A stretch of DNA of 64,000 nt from Alphaproteobacteria bacterium (GTDB lineage Bacteria > Pseudomonadota > Alphaproteobacteria > GCA-2731375). Position 1 is the first letter of the stretch. Each line of letters begins with the position of its first letter. This document shows positions 30,409 to 44,991 of the stretch, one piece after another. The position numbers and the translations under genes are program-made. Below the pieces are notes generated by a model. The model did no database searches and was not told the origin of the DNA. It worked only from the letters and a program-made list of their open reading frames with translations. The stretch covers positions 2,013 through 66,012 of the forward strand of contig JASMDX010000014.1 of NCBI GenBank assembly GCA_030752605.1, in the 5' to 3' direction.

Positions 30409-30861
30409 CTACAGCTGGGTGGCAGTCGCCCCGCCCCAGGTTTCATCCCAATCCTGGTTCAACATATCGGTTGGGCCGCAGTCAGCTTCAAAGAACTTAT
30501 TGGGCAACTGAAAAATCGCCAGCATCAAGGCGCCATTCGGCGTACCCGCGGCATGGCGGCTGCCGGCGGGACGCCAGACGAAATTACCTGCGCTACACGT
30601 TCCCTCTCCGCAAACCAGCGCACCTTCAATGACGAAGGTCTGTTCTATCTGCACATGTTCATGATCCGGCAGCATGGCACCCGGCGCCATTTTCAATAGC
30701 ACCGTCAACAGCCCCGTACGCCGGTCCACCAGCAGGGTTTTTGCCTCGACGCCATCGTAACGTGTCGCCTCCCACGGCATGGAATGGGTTTCGACAAAGC
30801 GCGTGTCCAAAGGGCCCAAGCCTCGGTGGTTCGGGGCATTGGGGGTAATTGCCGTCGTCAT
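30409..30861 (-). CDS. Cupin domain protein (ChrR-like cupin)
   Basis: 150-aa protein with the cupin motifs HEHVQIEQTFVIEG and GSRHAAG. Confidence 0.6.
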   Translation of the reverse strand: MTTAITPNAPNHRGLGPLDTRFVETHSMPWEATRYDGVEAKTLLVDRRTGLLTVLLKMAPGAMLPDHEHVQIEQTFVIEGALVCGEGTCSAGNFVWRPAGSRHAAGTPNGALMLAIFQLPNKFFEADCGPTDMLNQDWDETWGGATATQL

Positions 30862-30908
30862 GGTCTCTCCGTAAAAAATATTTGTCGTGGTGTAGGGTAG
30901 AGTGATGC

Positions 30909-35463
<4,555 letters not shown>

Positions 35464-35498
35464 GTCTGGATATTAATGCACTTTCCATCGGCCCGATA

Positions 35499-36392
35499 TC
35501 AGAATACAGAGCCCCACATCCGACTATACCAGGGTTCCTCTATCCCGTCGGTCCGCTCGTCCTCGCCAGTCAGCAAGGCATAGCTGTCCAGATACCATTC
35601 ACTGCCCGGATAGTTATAGCCCAGGATGGCGGCGGCGTTCTTGGCCTCATCCACAATGCCCAGGGACAAATAGGCCTCGGTCAGACGATGTAGGGCCTCG
35701 GGGACGTGGGACGTGGTCTGGTATTTGTCGACGACATAGCGAAAACGGTTAATCGCCGCGCCTTGGTGGCCACGCTTCAGGTAATAGCGGCCAATCTCCA
35801 TTTCCTTGCCAGCCAAATGGTCGCGGGCCAGATCCATCTTCAGGCGGGAATCGCGGGCATATTCGCTTTCAGGATAACGGTCTATAACTTCGCCCAAGGC
35901 GTCGAGGGCTAGCTCAGTGATTTTCTGTTCCCGGCCGGTATCGGCGATTTGTTCGTAGTACGAGATGGCAATCAGATAATAGGCATAAGGGGCGTCGCGG
36001 TTGCCGGGATGCAACTGCAAAAAGCGCTGCGCGGCAAAAATCGCCTCGTCATAATTATTGATTTCGTACTGCGCATAGGCCGCCATCAACTGCGATTTCC
36101 GGGCCCAAACCGAATAGGGATGTTGACGTTCCACCTCGTCAAAATCCATCACGGCCAATTCCGCGTTGCCGGAAAGCAGCTTGTCCATGGCCTGGTTGTA
36201 GATCTCTTCCACTGGCCGTTCCACATAGACGGCTTCATCGCTGGCGCAGGCGGTCAACAAGAATACCAGTGCCAGGCCAAGCACGGCGGCAAGGCCTGAA
36301 CGTTGCGAGCTAAATCGCGGATTTTGAGGCCGCCGGTGGCAATTCATTACGTTTAACATATATACAGAACTGTTTCCGAATTTTCCATTCAT
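35499..36392 (-). CDS. bamD: Outer membrane protein assembly factor BamD (TPR lipoprotein)
   Basis: LTAC lipobox and TPR repeats. The conserved gene order bamD-recN-ligA supports the call. The start could be an internal Met (MLNVMN or MNCHRR). Confidence 0.8.
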   Translation of the reverse strand: MNGKFGNSSVYMLNVMNCHRRPQNPRFSSQRSGLAAVLGLALVFLLTACASDEAVYVERPVEEIYNQAMDKLLSGNAELAVMDFDEVERQHPYSVWARKSQLMAAYAQYEINNYDEAIFAAQRFLQLHPGNRDAPYAYYLIAISYYEQIADTGREQKITELALDALGEVIDRYPESEYARDSRLKMDLARDHLAGKEMEIGRYYLKRGHQGAAINRFRYVVDKYQTTSHVPEALHRLTEAYLSLGIVDEAKNAAAILGYNYPGSEWYLDSYALLTGEDERTDGIEEPWYSRMWGSVF

Positions 36393-36464
36393 CCAATCTT
36401 GATCTCTTATACCACGTCGCGAAACAAGAGCGGACCGTCAATTTTCGCAAAATTTCGAAAAAAT

Positions 36465-36475
36465 CTACTAAGTAG
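36465..36475. promoter_or_regulatory. Palindrome CTACTAAGTAG in the AT-rich bamD/XRE divergent region
   Basis: Seen directly. It is flanked by direct repeats TTTCGCAAAA/TTTCGAAAAA and TCAAC-TTCAAC. Confidence 0.25.
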
Positions 36476-36740
36476 GTGTCAACTTCAACAAATTGCCCTA
36501 TCTTTTTCGTATGCCATAAGGCATCGTTACTACACAACTGCTAAACTTGAAAACAGCTATACGTTGTGCCACTTGTTTACTGGAGCATGTCGTAACAGGA
36601 GGCAGGCAGGTCGACAACACGTAAGGCCTGACTATTATGTTGCTTTTTTATTACGATAGTAACAACAAGACAATCAAAAGATTGGCAGAACAAATTTCTC
36701 GCGGCTGAGGGCACCATAAACCTCGCCGCCGAACATTGAG

Positions 36741-37130
36741 GTGATTATGGGTATACTAGCGAAACGTGTCGATGCCCATGTTGGTAGCCGCATCCGTGAT
36801 CGGCGTACCGGCCAGGGTTTAACTCAAGAGCATTTGGCGAATGCCTTGAATATTTCCTATCAGCAGGTGCAGAAGTACGAGACTGGGGCCAATCGGGTCA
36901 GCGCCGGCCGGCTCTATGAAGTTTCGAAAATTCTCCAATCCGACGTCAGCTTTTTCTTTGGAGGGCTGGATGAGACGGCCGAGACCGAGCCATTGGGACA
37001 TGGTGGCAAGAATCGCTCCACCATCGAACTGGTGCGCAATTTCGGTGCGATCGACAATCCTTCGATCCGTTCGGCTGTTTCCGGTTTGGTAAAAAGCATC
37101 GCCAAGCCAGAAAAAGACGCCTTGTATTAA
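36741..37130 (+). CDS. XRE-family helix-turn-helix transcriptional regulator
   Basis: HTH_XRE motif LTQEHLANALNISYQQVQKYETGANRVSAGRLYEVSKIL. Confidence 0.75.
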   Translation: MIMGILAKRVDAHVGSRIRDRRTGQGLTQEHLANALNISYQQVQKYETGANRVSAGRLYEVSKILQSDVSFFFGGLDETAETEPLGHGGKNRSTIELVRNFGAIDNPSIRSAVSGLVKSIAKPEKDALY

Positions 37131-37221
37131 GCCGAAGGGCACTATTCAGCTACATCGAACGAGTTAGTGCAACTTCATCTGCGTTCGAATGAACGCGGAT
37201 TGCTCTGATTGGTAAGAAAAA

Positions 37222-37258
37222 AGGGGCCCGATGATTAATTTCACCAGGCCCTTTTTAT
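37222..37258. terminator. Possible bidirectional terminator-like hairpin
   Basis: A-run, then GGGCC, an 18-nt loop, GGCCC, then TTTTTAT. The stem is short and the loop long. Confidence 0.35.
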
Positions 37259-37357
37259 ATTTACGTCTCATGTGCCGCATGCACCATGGTCCTGATGGGG
37301 CAAACATGGTCCAATGGCAGGGATGGTAATCGCGACAAGAATGGGTAGGAGGCGGAA

Positions 37358-38395
37358 ATGAAATTATCCTTGATGCTGGGCTATTCCGGGGCCCAGTTAG
37401 ATATTCCGATGGCGCGGGTACAGCGGGCCGAAGAATTGGGCTTTCATTCCGTTTGGACGGCGGAGGCTTATGGTTCAGATGCTATAACACCCTTGGCCTA
37501 TCTGGCCGCCATGACCAAGAAAATCAAGCTGGGCACCGCGATCATGCAACTATCGGCGCGGACGCCGGCCAATTGCGCCATGACGGCGGCAACCCTGGAT
37601 GCCCTGGCGGGGGGCGACCGTTTTCTGGCGGGCATCGGGGTATCGGGGCCGCAGATCGTGGAAGGCTGGTATGGTCAGCCCTGGGGGCGGCCGTATTATC
37701 GGATCAAGGACTATGTCGCTATCATACGGGCGATTTGGGCCCGCGAAGCGCCAGTCGCCTATGAAGGCAAGGAAATTTCCCTACCCTTTACAGGCGAAGG
37801 TGCCGCTGGTCTAGGCAAACCGTTGAAGTCAATTCTGCATGGCAACCCGAACATCCCCATCTTTCTGGGTACAGGCAACGAGGCCACCGTGCGCCTGACC
37901 GCCGAGATTGCTGATGGTTGGCTGCCGCACGGTTTCATCCCCGGCTCCATGCCGGAATACCTGCCCTGGCTGGAACAAGGCTTCGCCCGCGCCGGAAATC
38001 GCAAATCCCTGGATAATTTCGAGATTATGGCCCTGACCCACGTGGAAGTGGACCAAGACGTGCAAGCAGCCCTGGACCGGCAAAAACCCGATGTGGCGCT
38101 ATATGTGGGCGGCATGGGGCATAAGGACAAGAATTTTCACAAGGATCTGATGGTCCGGCGCGGCTTTGGCGATGCGGCCGAGCGTATTCAGGAGCTCTTC
38201 CTGGCCGGACACAAGGCGGAAGCGACGGCGGCCGTACCCGATGAATGGGTAGATCAGAAGTCCCTGGTGGGCCCGCCAGCACGGATCAAGCAGCGCTATC
38301 GCGCCTGGGAGGATTCCGGTGCCACCGGCCTGGTGGTCTGGGCCAGCCAGGACGAAGCGGTCGAAGTCATGGCCCAGGCGGCGCGTTTGAACTAG
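37358..38395 (+). CDS. LLM class flavin-dependent oxidoreductase
   Basis: Luciferase-like monooxygenase fold; start MKLSLMLGYSG. Confidence 0.8.
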   Translation: MKLSLMLGYSGAQLDIPMARVQRAEELGFHSVWTAEAYGSDAITPLAYLAAMTKKIKLGTAIMQLSARTPANCAMTAATLDALAGGDRFLAGIGVSGPQIVEGWYGQPWGRPYYRIKDYVAIIRAIWAREAPVAYEGKEISLPFTGEGAAGLGKPLKSILHGNPNIPIFLGTGNEATVRLTAEIADGWLPHGFIPGSMPEYLPWLEQGFARAGNRKSLDNFEIMALTHVEVDQDVQAALDRQKPDVALYVGGMGHKDKNFHKDLMVRRGFGDAAERIQELFLAGHKAEATAAVPDEWVDQKSLVGPPARIKQRYRAWEDSGATGLVVWASQDEAVEVMAQAARLN

Positions 38396-38463
38396 GACCT
38401 GGTTTCCAGCTTGGTAACATGGTGGGCCTTGCCGTCAAGGCGGCGCCGTGTTAGCGAAAGAGC

Positions 38464-39303
38464 ATGCAGAGGAATCAAACAGATGCAGCCAATCGCAATG
38501 CTCCCGGCCGCGATGACAAGAACCCAACCGGGATCATCGTTATCGTGGCCAACTTTAGCGACGAAAGCAACCATGCCAGCCACCGGGTCGGCGACCGCTA
38601 TGTGACCGCCGTGCGCGAGATCTGCGGCGCTCTGCCCTTGATTCTGCCGGCGTTGGGCGCCGGAGCGGATCTGGAAACGCTGCTGGATAACATTGATGGC
38701 GTCATTTTGACGGGCGGCGCCTCGAACGTAAACCCGCACCATTACGGCGGTGGCGAGGCACTGGATCAGACCCTCCTTGATGCCCGGCGCGATGGCGTGG
38801 CGCTGGAATTAGTACGCGCCTGCGTAGAACGCAACGTGCCCTTGTTCGGCATCTGCCGTGGCATACAGGAAATGAACGTTGCCCTGGGCGGTAGCCTGCA
38901 TCAATACATGCACCAGGTACCGGCGCATTTCGATCACCGCCGGCCACGGGAAAAATCCATGGAAGTGCAAATGGCACCGCGCCAGCGGATCACGCTGACG
39001 CCGGGCGGCACCCTGCAGGACCTGGCCAATGGCGCCCGCCAGGTCATGGTCAACACGCTGCATGCCCAAGGCGTCGATCGTTTGGCCGAGAGCCTGGTGG
39101 TCGAGGCGGTAGCCGATGACGGCACCATCGAGGCGGTGCGCGTCGCCGCCTCGCCGACCTTCAGCATCGGCGTGCAATGGCACGCGGAATACCGCACCAC
39201 CGAACATCACTTTTACCGCGCCTTGTTCAATGCCTTTGGCAAGGCCGTCGCCGCCCACGCCGGCGCCCGCGCCAAGCAGGGCAAGATGGTCCAGGTGGCT
39301 TGA
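38464..39303 (+). CDS. Gamma-glutamyl-GABA hydrolase-like class I glutamine amidotransferase (peptidase C26, PuuD family)
   Basis: GICRGIQEMNVALGGSL catalytic Cys motif and a C-terminal His/Glu. Confidence 0.75.
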   Translation: MQRNQTDAANRNAPGRDDKNPTGIIVIVANFSDESNHASHRVGDRYVTAVREICGALPLILPALGAGADLETLLDNIDGVILTGGASNVNPHHYGGGEALDQTLLDARRDGVALELVRACVERNVPLFGICRGIQEMNVALGGSLHQYMHQVPAHFDHRRPREKSMEVQMAPRQRITLTPGGTLQDLANGARQVMVNTLHAQGVDRLAESLVVEAVADDGTIEAVRVAASPTFSIGVQWHAEYRTTEHHFYRALFNAFGKAVAAHAGARAKQGKMVQVA

Positions 39304-39335
39304 CGGTCAAGGTGAACCAAGATTTGACCAAGGGC

Positions 39336-39860
39336 ATGGAAATTCGGCCCGTCAGCGATGATGACATGGCCGCGATCCAAACGATCTATGCCCAGCATGT
39401 CCTGCACGGCCTGGCATCCTGGGAATTGCAGCCGCCCGGCATCACCGAACTAACCGCGCGGCGCGATACCTTGCTCGGTAGTGGATATCCCTTCGTGGCC
39501 GCCACGGTTGGCGGTGAACTGGTTGGCTATGCCTCCGCCAGGCCATACCGGACGCGGCCCGCCTATCGCTTCACGGTTGAGAACACGATTTACCTGCATC
39601 CCGACCGCCCCGGCCAAGGCATTGCCCAGCCGTTGCTGCAACGGGTGATCGACGACTGCACCTCCCGGGGCTATCGGCAGATGATCGCAGTGGTCGGCGA
39701 CAGCGGTAACTAGCTCTCCATCCGCTTTCACGAAAAAATGGGCTTCCGCCAAGTCGGGCTGATTGGAAGTATCGGCTGGAAGTCCGGGCGCTGGCTAGAT
39801 TCGGTTATTCTGCAACGGCCCTTGGGCGACGGCGCCGGTACCCCACCATCGGAATTGTAG
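39336..39860 (+). pseudogene. GNAT family N-acetyltransferase interrupted by an in-frame TAG
   Basis: MEIRPVSDDDMAAIQTIY...IAVVGDSGN, then TAG at 39711-39713, then LSIRFHEKMGFRQVGL... in the same frame to the stop at 39858-39860. The acetyl-CoA motif region is intact around the stop. Confidence 0.65.
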
Positions 39861-40125
39861 GCCCGCGAATTCACCGGCAAGGCCGAGATTGCGGTCAAAT
39901 CCCTATTCGCACTGGACAAAACGTCCTTTATTTTTCAATTCAATGCTTGCAACGTCCGGCTGGCGATGCCATGAAGGGGCATTCGTTGCACCTCGCCTCG
40001 ACGTTTCTTGTTACGGCACTAGCGTGCCCGACCAAGTTGCGTCTGTGACTCGTGCATCTTTTAGAGGTGCGGCTCGGCTAAAACCGATCGCCGCTGCTGT
40101 AAATACATGTTGAAGGGAGTAGCTG

Positions 40126-40335
40126 ATGGCTACCGGAACAGTGAAGTGGTTTAACCCGACAAAGGGTTTTGGTTTTATCGAGCCGACGGACGGCGCCAAG
40201 GATGTCTTCGTGCATATCTCGGCCGTTGAGCGTGCCGGCATGCAGAGCCTGCGTGAAGGTCAAAAGGTTGAGTTCGAGTTGGTCGCAGGCCGTGACGGCC
40301 GCTCGGCCGCCGAAAACCTGGTCGCGCTCGACTAG
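40126..40335 (+). CDS. cspA: Cold-shock protein CspA family
   Basis: [20 protein letters not shown] with RNP1/RNP2 motifs; 69 aa. A long 5'UTR of about 265 nt lies upstream. Confidence 0.95.
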   Translation: MATGTVKWFNPTKGFGFIEPTDGAKDVFVHISAVERAGMQSLREGQKVEFELVAGRDGRSAAENLVALD

Positions 40336-40464
40336 GCACGACCGGTTAAGCTCAAGCCTCCATGCTTGAGCGTTAGAGTTCGACCGTTATAAGTTAAGAC
40401 GCGTATTTGCAGGCATGGCAGCGTAGACGGTTGTGCCGACAGTACGGACCGAGGGATCGGCGGA

Positions 40465-40504
40465 CCGGAAAGTAGTTATACTTTCCGGTCGTGCCTCGCT
40501 TTTT
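40465..40504 (+). terminator. Hairpin CCGGAAAG-8nt-CTTTCCGG followed at a distance by TTTTT (possible csp terminator)
   Basis: Seen directly. The T-tract sits 11 nt from the stem, so it is not canonical. Confidence 0.3.
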
Positions 40505-40600
40505 GGGCGCCACCAATCCGGCGTCCCGTATCCTGGAACCAGGATTGCCATGGGATGTAGTTTAGCGTCCGGTCGTGGCATCCAAACACAGGCGGATATC

Positions 40601-40759
40601 ATGGCGCGAAAACCCAACTATAATTTCGAACGCCAGGAGCGGGATCGCCGCAAGGCGGAAAAAAAGGCCGCCAAGGCAGCCGCCAAGGCCGAAAAGGCCG
40701 AGTTGGCGAAAGCCGAACGTAACGGCATCGCGCTCGACGAGACGCCGGAGCAGGAATAA
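40601..40759 (+). CDS. Small basic KAAK-repeat protein (52 aa), hypothetical
   Basis: MARKPNYNFERQERDRRKAEKKAAKAAAKAEKAELAKAERNGIALDETPEQE. Weak evidence only. Confidence 0.3.
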   Translation: MARKPNYNFERQERDRRKAEKKAAKAAAKAEKAELAKAERNGIALDETPEQE

Positions 40760-40884
40760 CGCTCGATAGGGGGAAATAGCCGGTCACGTCGGCGGCATCA
40801 ATCGCCGACCATTTACCTCGCATACTAGCTGGCATGTAGCCCATCCTCCAGGTCCCGCGCGAGAAGCGGTTTACCGCGTGATAA

Positions 40885-41766
40885 TCAGCCCAGCCCCAAT
40901 GTTTCCCGCGCCTCGGCTGGGCTTTGCACCCTGCCGCCCAGGCTTTCCACGATGGTCACGGCGCGTTCGACAAGCTGCGCGTTGGAGGCGAAAACGCCCC
41001 GGTCCAGATACAGGTTATCTTCCAGCCCAACGCGGACATGACCGCCCAGTAACATGGCCTGCGCCACCATGGGCATCTGCATGGGCCCAAGGCCAAAGCC
41101 GGCCCAGATAGCACCGTCGGGCAGATTGTCGACCATGGCCTTCATGGTCTGGGTATTGGCCTCCGCCCCATAGGGCACACCGAGGCAAAGCTGGTATAGC
41201 GGTGGTGGATCGAGCAAGCCTTCGCTCATCATCTGTTTAACGAACCAGAGGTGGCCGAAGTCGAATATCTCTACTTCGGGCTTAACGCTCGCATCCTGGA
41301 TACCCTTGGCCATGACACGCAGCATATCAACTGTATTGGTCATGACGTAGTTGCCTTCGCCGAAATTCATTGAACCGCAATCCAGAGTACATATCTCCGG
41401 CTTCAACTCGGCCACATGTTCCAAACGGGTCTCCGCGTTGGCCATGTCGGTGGCGTTGCCCAACTGCATGGGATCTTCGGGTGGGCCGAAATAAACATCG
41501 CCGCCCATGCCCGTGGTCAGATTAAGCACCACATCCGTATCGCTGTCACGTATCCGTTCAACCAGTTCCCGGTATAGTGCGGAGTCGCGGCTGCCCTCGC
41601 CGGTTTTGGGGTCGCGCACATGCAGATGCACCACCGCCGCCCCCGCCTTTGCCGCCTCGATGGCGGAGGCCGCGATCTGTTTCGGGGTGACCGGAATATC
41701 AGGATGTTTGCCCACCGTATCGGCGGCACCGGTGACGGCGCAGGTGATAATGACATTTCGGTTCAT
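40885..41766 (-). CDS. 3-keto-5-aminohexanoate cleavage enzyme family (BKACE, DUF849)
   Basis: N-terminal [14 protein letters not shown] and the metal-ligand pattern of the BKACE family. Confidence 0.8.
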   Translation of the reverse strand: MNRNVIITCAVTGAADTVGKHPDIPVTPKQIAASAIEAAKAGAAVVHLHVRDPKTGEGSRDSALYRELVERIRDSDTDVVLNLTTGMGGDVYFGPPEDPMQLGNATDMANAETRLEHVAELKPEICTLDCGSMNFGEGNYVMTNTVDMLRVMAKGIQDASVKPEVEIFDFGHLWFVKQMMSEGLLDPPPLYQLCLGVPYGAEANTQTMKAMVDNLPDGAIWAGFGLGPMQMPMVAQAMLLGGHVRVGLEDNLYLDRGVFASNAQLVERAVTIVESLGGRVQSPAEARETLGLG

Positions 41767-41780
41767 AACAATGATCCTTC

Positions 41781-42569
41781 TCAGTATGGCCCGCCCAGGG
41801 TTTCCGTGTGCCCATCAAGGGGGATCACCTGTCCGCTGACCTTGGCGCCGGCATCGGAGGCCAGGAACAACGTCATCGAGGCCACTTCATCAGCTGATAC
41901 AAACGTACGCAACGACGAGGTACGGTAATAGTCCTCACGGATTTGGTCTGGCGTTACCCCTCTGGCGTCCGCCTCCGCCTTGATCACCCGGTCTAGACGC
42001 TCGCCCTCCACCGAGCCGGGCGCGATGGCGTTGACGCGGATGCCAAACACGCCAGCCTCCATGGCCAGGCTCTTGGTCAGTCCCACCACGGCCCATTTCG
42101 AGGCCGCGTAGGGCGAGCGCATGGGAAAGCCAAGAATGCCGGCACTCGAGGCCATGTTGATGATACAGCCCGAACCCTGGGCCTTCATCAAAGGCAAGGC
42201 CTGGCGTGCGCACAGAAAGCCACCGTCTACATTGACGGAAAGGCAACGGCGCCATTCCGCCGCCGAGAGGTCTTCGAGATAGCCCGCCGGCCCCGCGATA
42301 CCCGCGTTGTTGACCAGAACATCGAGACCGCCCAGCTTGTCTCGCACGGTCTTGAACAGCGCAGCTACATCCGCCTCATCGGCCACGTCGGCGGCAACGG
42401 CGGTGATTTCGGGCGCTTCGGACGCCAGGGCATCCAGCGACCCCGCATCGATATCACAGACCGCGACCTTGGCGCCCTGGCGTAGGAAAGCCTCAGCCAT
42501 GGCGCGTCCAATACCACTGCCGGCAGCGGTTATCAGAACACGTTTGTCCAATAACCCGGCTGGTATCAT
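41781..42569 (-). CDS. SDR family oxidoreductase
   Basis: [14 protein letters not shown] and YAASKWAV motifs. Confidence 0.85.
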   Translation of the reverse strand: MIPAGLLDKRVLITAAGSGIGRAMAEAFLRQGAKVAVCDIDAGSLDALASEAPEITAVAADVADEADVAALFKTVRDKLGGLDVLVNNAGIAGPAGYLEDLSAAEWRRCLSVNVDGGFLCARQALPLMKAQGSGCIINMASSAGILGFPMRSPYAASKWAVVGLTKSLAMEAGVFGIRVNAIAPGSVEGERLDRVIKAEADARGVTPDQIREDYYRTSSLRTFVSADEVASMTLFLASDAGAKVSGQVIPLDGHTETLGGPY

Positions 42570-43033
42570 GACGGGCCGCCAATACGCGACAGCAGTTCAA
42601 TCAGTTGCGCCTGTTCCGCCGCATTCAAATTCTTGGCGATGCGCGTCTCGTGCGCCACCACCAGGTCGCGGGCCTGATGCAGCAGGGCCCGCCCCTGCTC
42701 CGTCAGATGCAATGCATAGGACCTGCGGTCACTGGGCGCCGGCTTCCGGTCGACCAGGCCGCGCCCTTCCAGGCGGTCGATTACCGCGACCACGGTCGAG
42801 CGGTCAATCCCCAGGGCATTGCCCAGACGGGTCTGGTTCAGCCCCGAATTCGCCTCTATCAAGACCAGAACACCAAATTGTCCCGGCGTGATGTCACAGC
42901 CCTTTAGGCTTTCGGTAAAATTCTGAAACGCCGCCGCCTGGGCCTTACGCAGGTTATAGCCGATTAGACCGGGCAGCAGGTCGTAATCAAAATCCTCGGC
43001 ACCCTGATCTGGGCTATTCTTGGCAATAATCAT
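42566..43033 (-). CDS. MarR family transcriptional regulator
   Basis: Winged-HTH MarR motif (GLNQTRLGNALGIDRSTVVAVIDRLE). Divergent from the gentisate dioxygenase gene. Confidence 0.85.
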   Translation of the reverse strand: MIIAKNSPDQGAEDFDYDLLPGLIGYNLRKAQAAAFQNFTESLKGCDITPGQFGVLVLIEANSGLNQTRLGNALGIDRSTVVAVIDRLEGRGLVDRKPAPSDRRSYALHLTEQGRALLHQARDLVVAHETRIAKNLNAAEQAQLIELLSRIGGPS

Positions 43034-43304
43034 GTTAAGCAGAAGCTAGGCCACTTCGCCGATTGGAGAAAGGGAATTTGTGCTTTAGATTGGCCCAGTC
43101 GGGCGGAAAACGGGGATAAACGGAATTGGGAGCTTTCAGCATGGGATACCAAGCAGGAGAAAAGCGGTACAAGTCAGCGGCAACGAGACTTTCTTGGGCG
43201 CCGCGCTTGACGCCGGCATTGATTACCCGTTTGGCCGTCAATCGAGCAATTGCGCCGCTTGCAAAGAGCAACTGCTGTCTGGAGCTTGATGAAGCAGAAA
43301 ATTT

Positions 43305-44348
43305 ATGAGCAAGAACGAGCAAATCAAAGGCGAAAGGCAGGCCTATTACGACCGCATCACGCCGTCCAATCTGACACCGTTGTGGGAGGTCTTCGCCGAT
43401 CTGGTAACGCCGGAGCCAAAGGTTCAGGCGGCCGCGGCGATCTGGCATTACGACGATATCCGCTCCTTCATTCTGGAATCGGGGGGCTTGATCACGGCCA
43501 AGGAAGCCGTGCGCCGGGTGCTGATCCTGGAAAACCCCAATCTTCGCGGCCAATCCAAGATCACCAATACGCTGTATGCGGGCCTGCAACTGATTCTGCC
43601 TGATGAAGTCGCCCCGGCCCATCGCCACAGCCAATCCGCGCTGCGTTTTATTGTCGAAGGTACAGGCGCCTATACGGCGGTCGAGGGTGAGAAAACCATC
43701 ATGCGGCCTGGCGATTTCGTCACCACGCCGTCCTGGGCCTGGCACGACCATGGCAATGACAGCAACGAACCCATGGTCTGGCTGGACGGCCTGGATATTC
43801 CCATCATCAATTTCTTTGACACCTCGTTCGCCGAAGAACTGGACCAGGACAGCCAGTCGCTGTCACGCCCTCCCGGCGACAGCCAGGCCCGTTATGGCGC
43901 GGGTCTGTTGCCCATGGGCTATGAAAACGTTTCGCCGACCTCGCCAGTTTTCAATTATCCTTACGAGCGCACCCGCGAGGCCTTGGAACAGATGCGCAAG
44001 GCAGAGGAATGGGACCCCTGTCATGGCCTGAAAATGCGCTACGTCAATCCCGTTACCGGTGACTATGCCATGCCGACCATGGCGACCTTCATGCAGCTGA
44101 TCCCCGCCGGCCTAGCCACCGCGCCCTATAAATCCACTGACGGCATGGTCTACAGCGTAGCCGAAGGCACGGGCAAGACATATGCCAACGGCCAGGAACT
44201 ATCCTGGGGCCCACGCGATACTTTTGTCATTCCCAGCTGGTGTGCACACCATCATGTGGTCGATGGAGACGCGGTGCTGTTCAGTTTTTCAGACCGTCCG
44301 ATCCAAGAAAAACTTGGCCTTTGGCGGCAAGACCGCGGCAATCACTAG
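43305..44348 (+). CDS. Gentisate 1,2-dioxygenase (bicupin)
   Basis: 347-aa bicupin with the His triad region HRHSQSALRFIVEG...WHDHGN. Confidence 0.85.
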   Translation: MSKNEQIKGERQAYYDRITPSNLTPLWEVFADLVTPEPKVQAAAAIWHYDDIRSFILESGGLITAKEAVRRVLILENPNLRGQSKITNTLYAGLQLILPDEVAPAHRHSQSALRFIVEGTGAYTAVEGEKTIMRPGDFVTTPSWAWHDHGNDSNEPMVWLDGLDIPIINFFDTSFAEELDQDSQSLSRPPGDSQARYGAGLLPMGYENVSPTSPVFNYPYERTREALEQMRKAEEWDPCHGLKMRYVNPVTGDYAMPTMATFMQLIPAGLATAPYKSTDGMVYSVAEGTGKTYANGQELSWGPRDTFVIPSWCAHHHVVDGDAVLFSFSDRPIQEKLGLWRQDRGNH

Positions 44349-44359
44349 GGTTTGAGTAA

Positions 44360-44959
44360 ATGGCAGGAAACGAGTACGAATTTCTCGACGAAGCAGAACT
44401 GAGCGACTTTCCCGGCTTGATGGCGGTCTCTCAATTCGTCCGCATGCTGGGACAAGCACCTTGGTTCGGCGGTTTGGGCGCCGAATTGGATGGCCGCGAG
44501 GAACTGCTAGCGGAGGATTATCTCCTCGCCCTGGGTTTCCCCGATGCTCGCATCGCACCAATTTTGGATTGGGAGGAAGCCGCCGCCGCCGCTGCCAATC
44601 CGGACTGGAACACTGAATGGTGGGAGGCGGAGGAGCAGGTCCGCGTCGCCCTGGTGACGGAAGCCTGCCAGCGCGCCGATGAGGAAACCGTCATGGTCGC
44701 CCTGACCCATTTGCAGAACCAATCGGTTGAGGCGGTATTGGAGCCGGCGGAACTGGCGGCAGAGGCGGGCGGTGTCGATGACCCGGAACTGATCCGCGCC
44801 GCCGTGGGCGCCGGGGCCCAGGCAATCTATCAGGCGGCATTGTTATTGGCGGCGGAGCATGAGGACGACGAACATCATGTCTTTGCCTTAAAATACCGGC
44901 TTTTCGAATCCGGCCGCTGGCCCATCGGCGTGGTCGGCAACAGTTTCCACATTTTTTAA
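44360..44959 (+). CDS. Hypothetical acidic protein (199 aa) between the gentisate dioxygenase and FAH-family hydrolase genes
   Basis: No recognisable motif. It is Glu/Asp/Ala-rich and sits in an operon-like position. Confidence 0.45.
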   Translation: MAGNEYEFLDEAELSDFPGLMAVSQFVRMLGQAPWFGGLGAELDGREELLAEDYLLALGFPDARIAPILDWEEAAAAAANPDWNTEWWEAEEQVRVALVTEACQRADEETVMVALTHLQNQSVEAVLEPAELAAEAGGVDDPELIRAAVGAGAQAIYQAALLLAAEHEDDEHHVFALKYRLFESGRWPIGVVGNSFHIF

Positions 44960-44991
44960 ACACATACCTCAGTGACGAACAGGAGCTTCCC

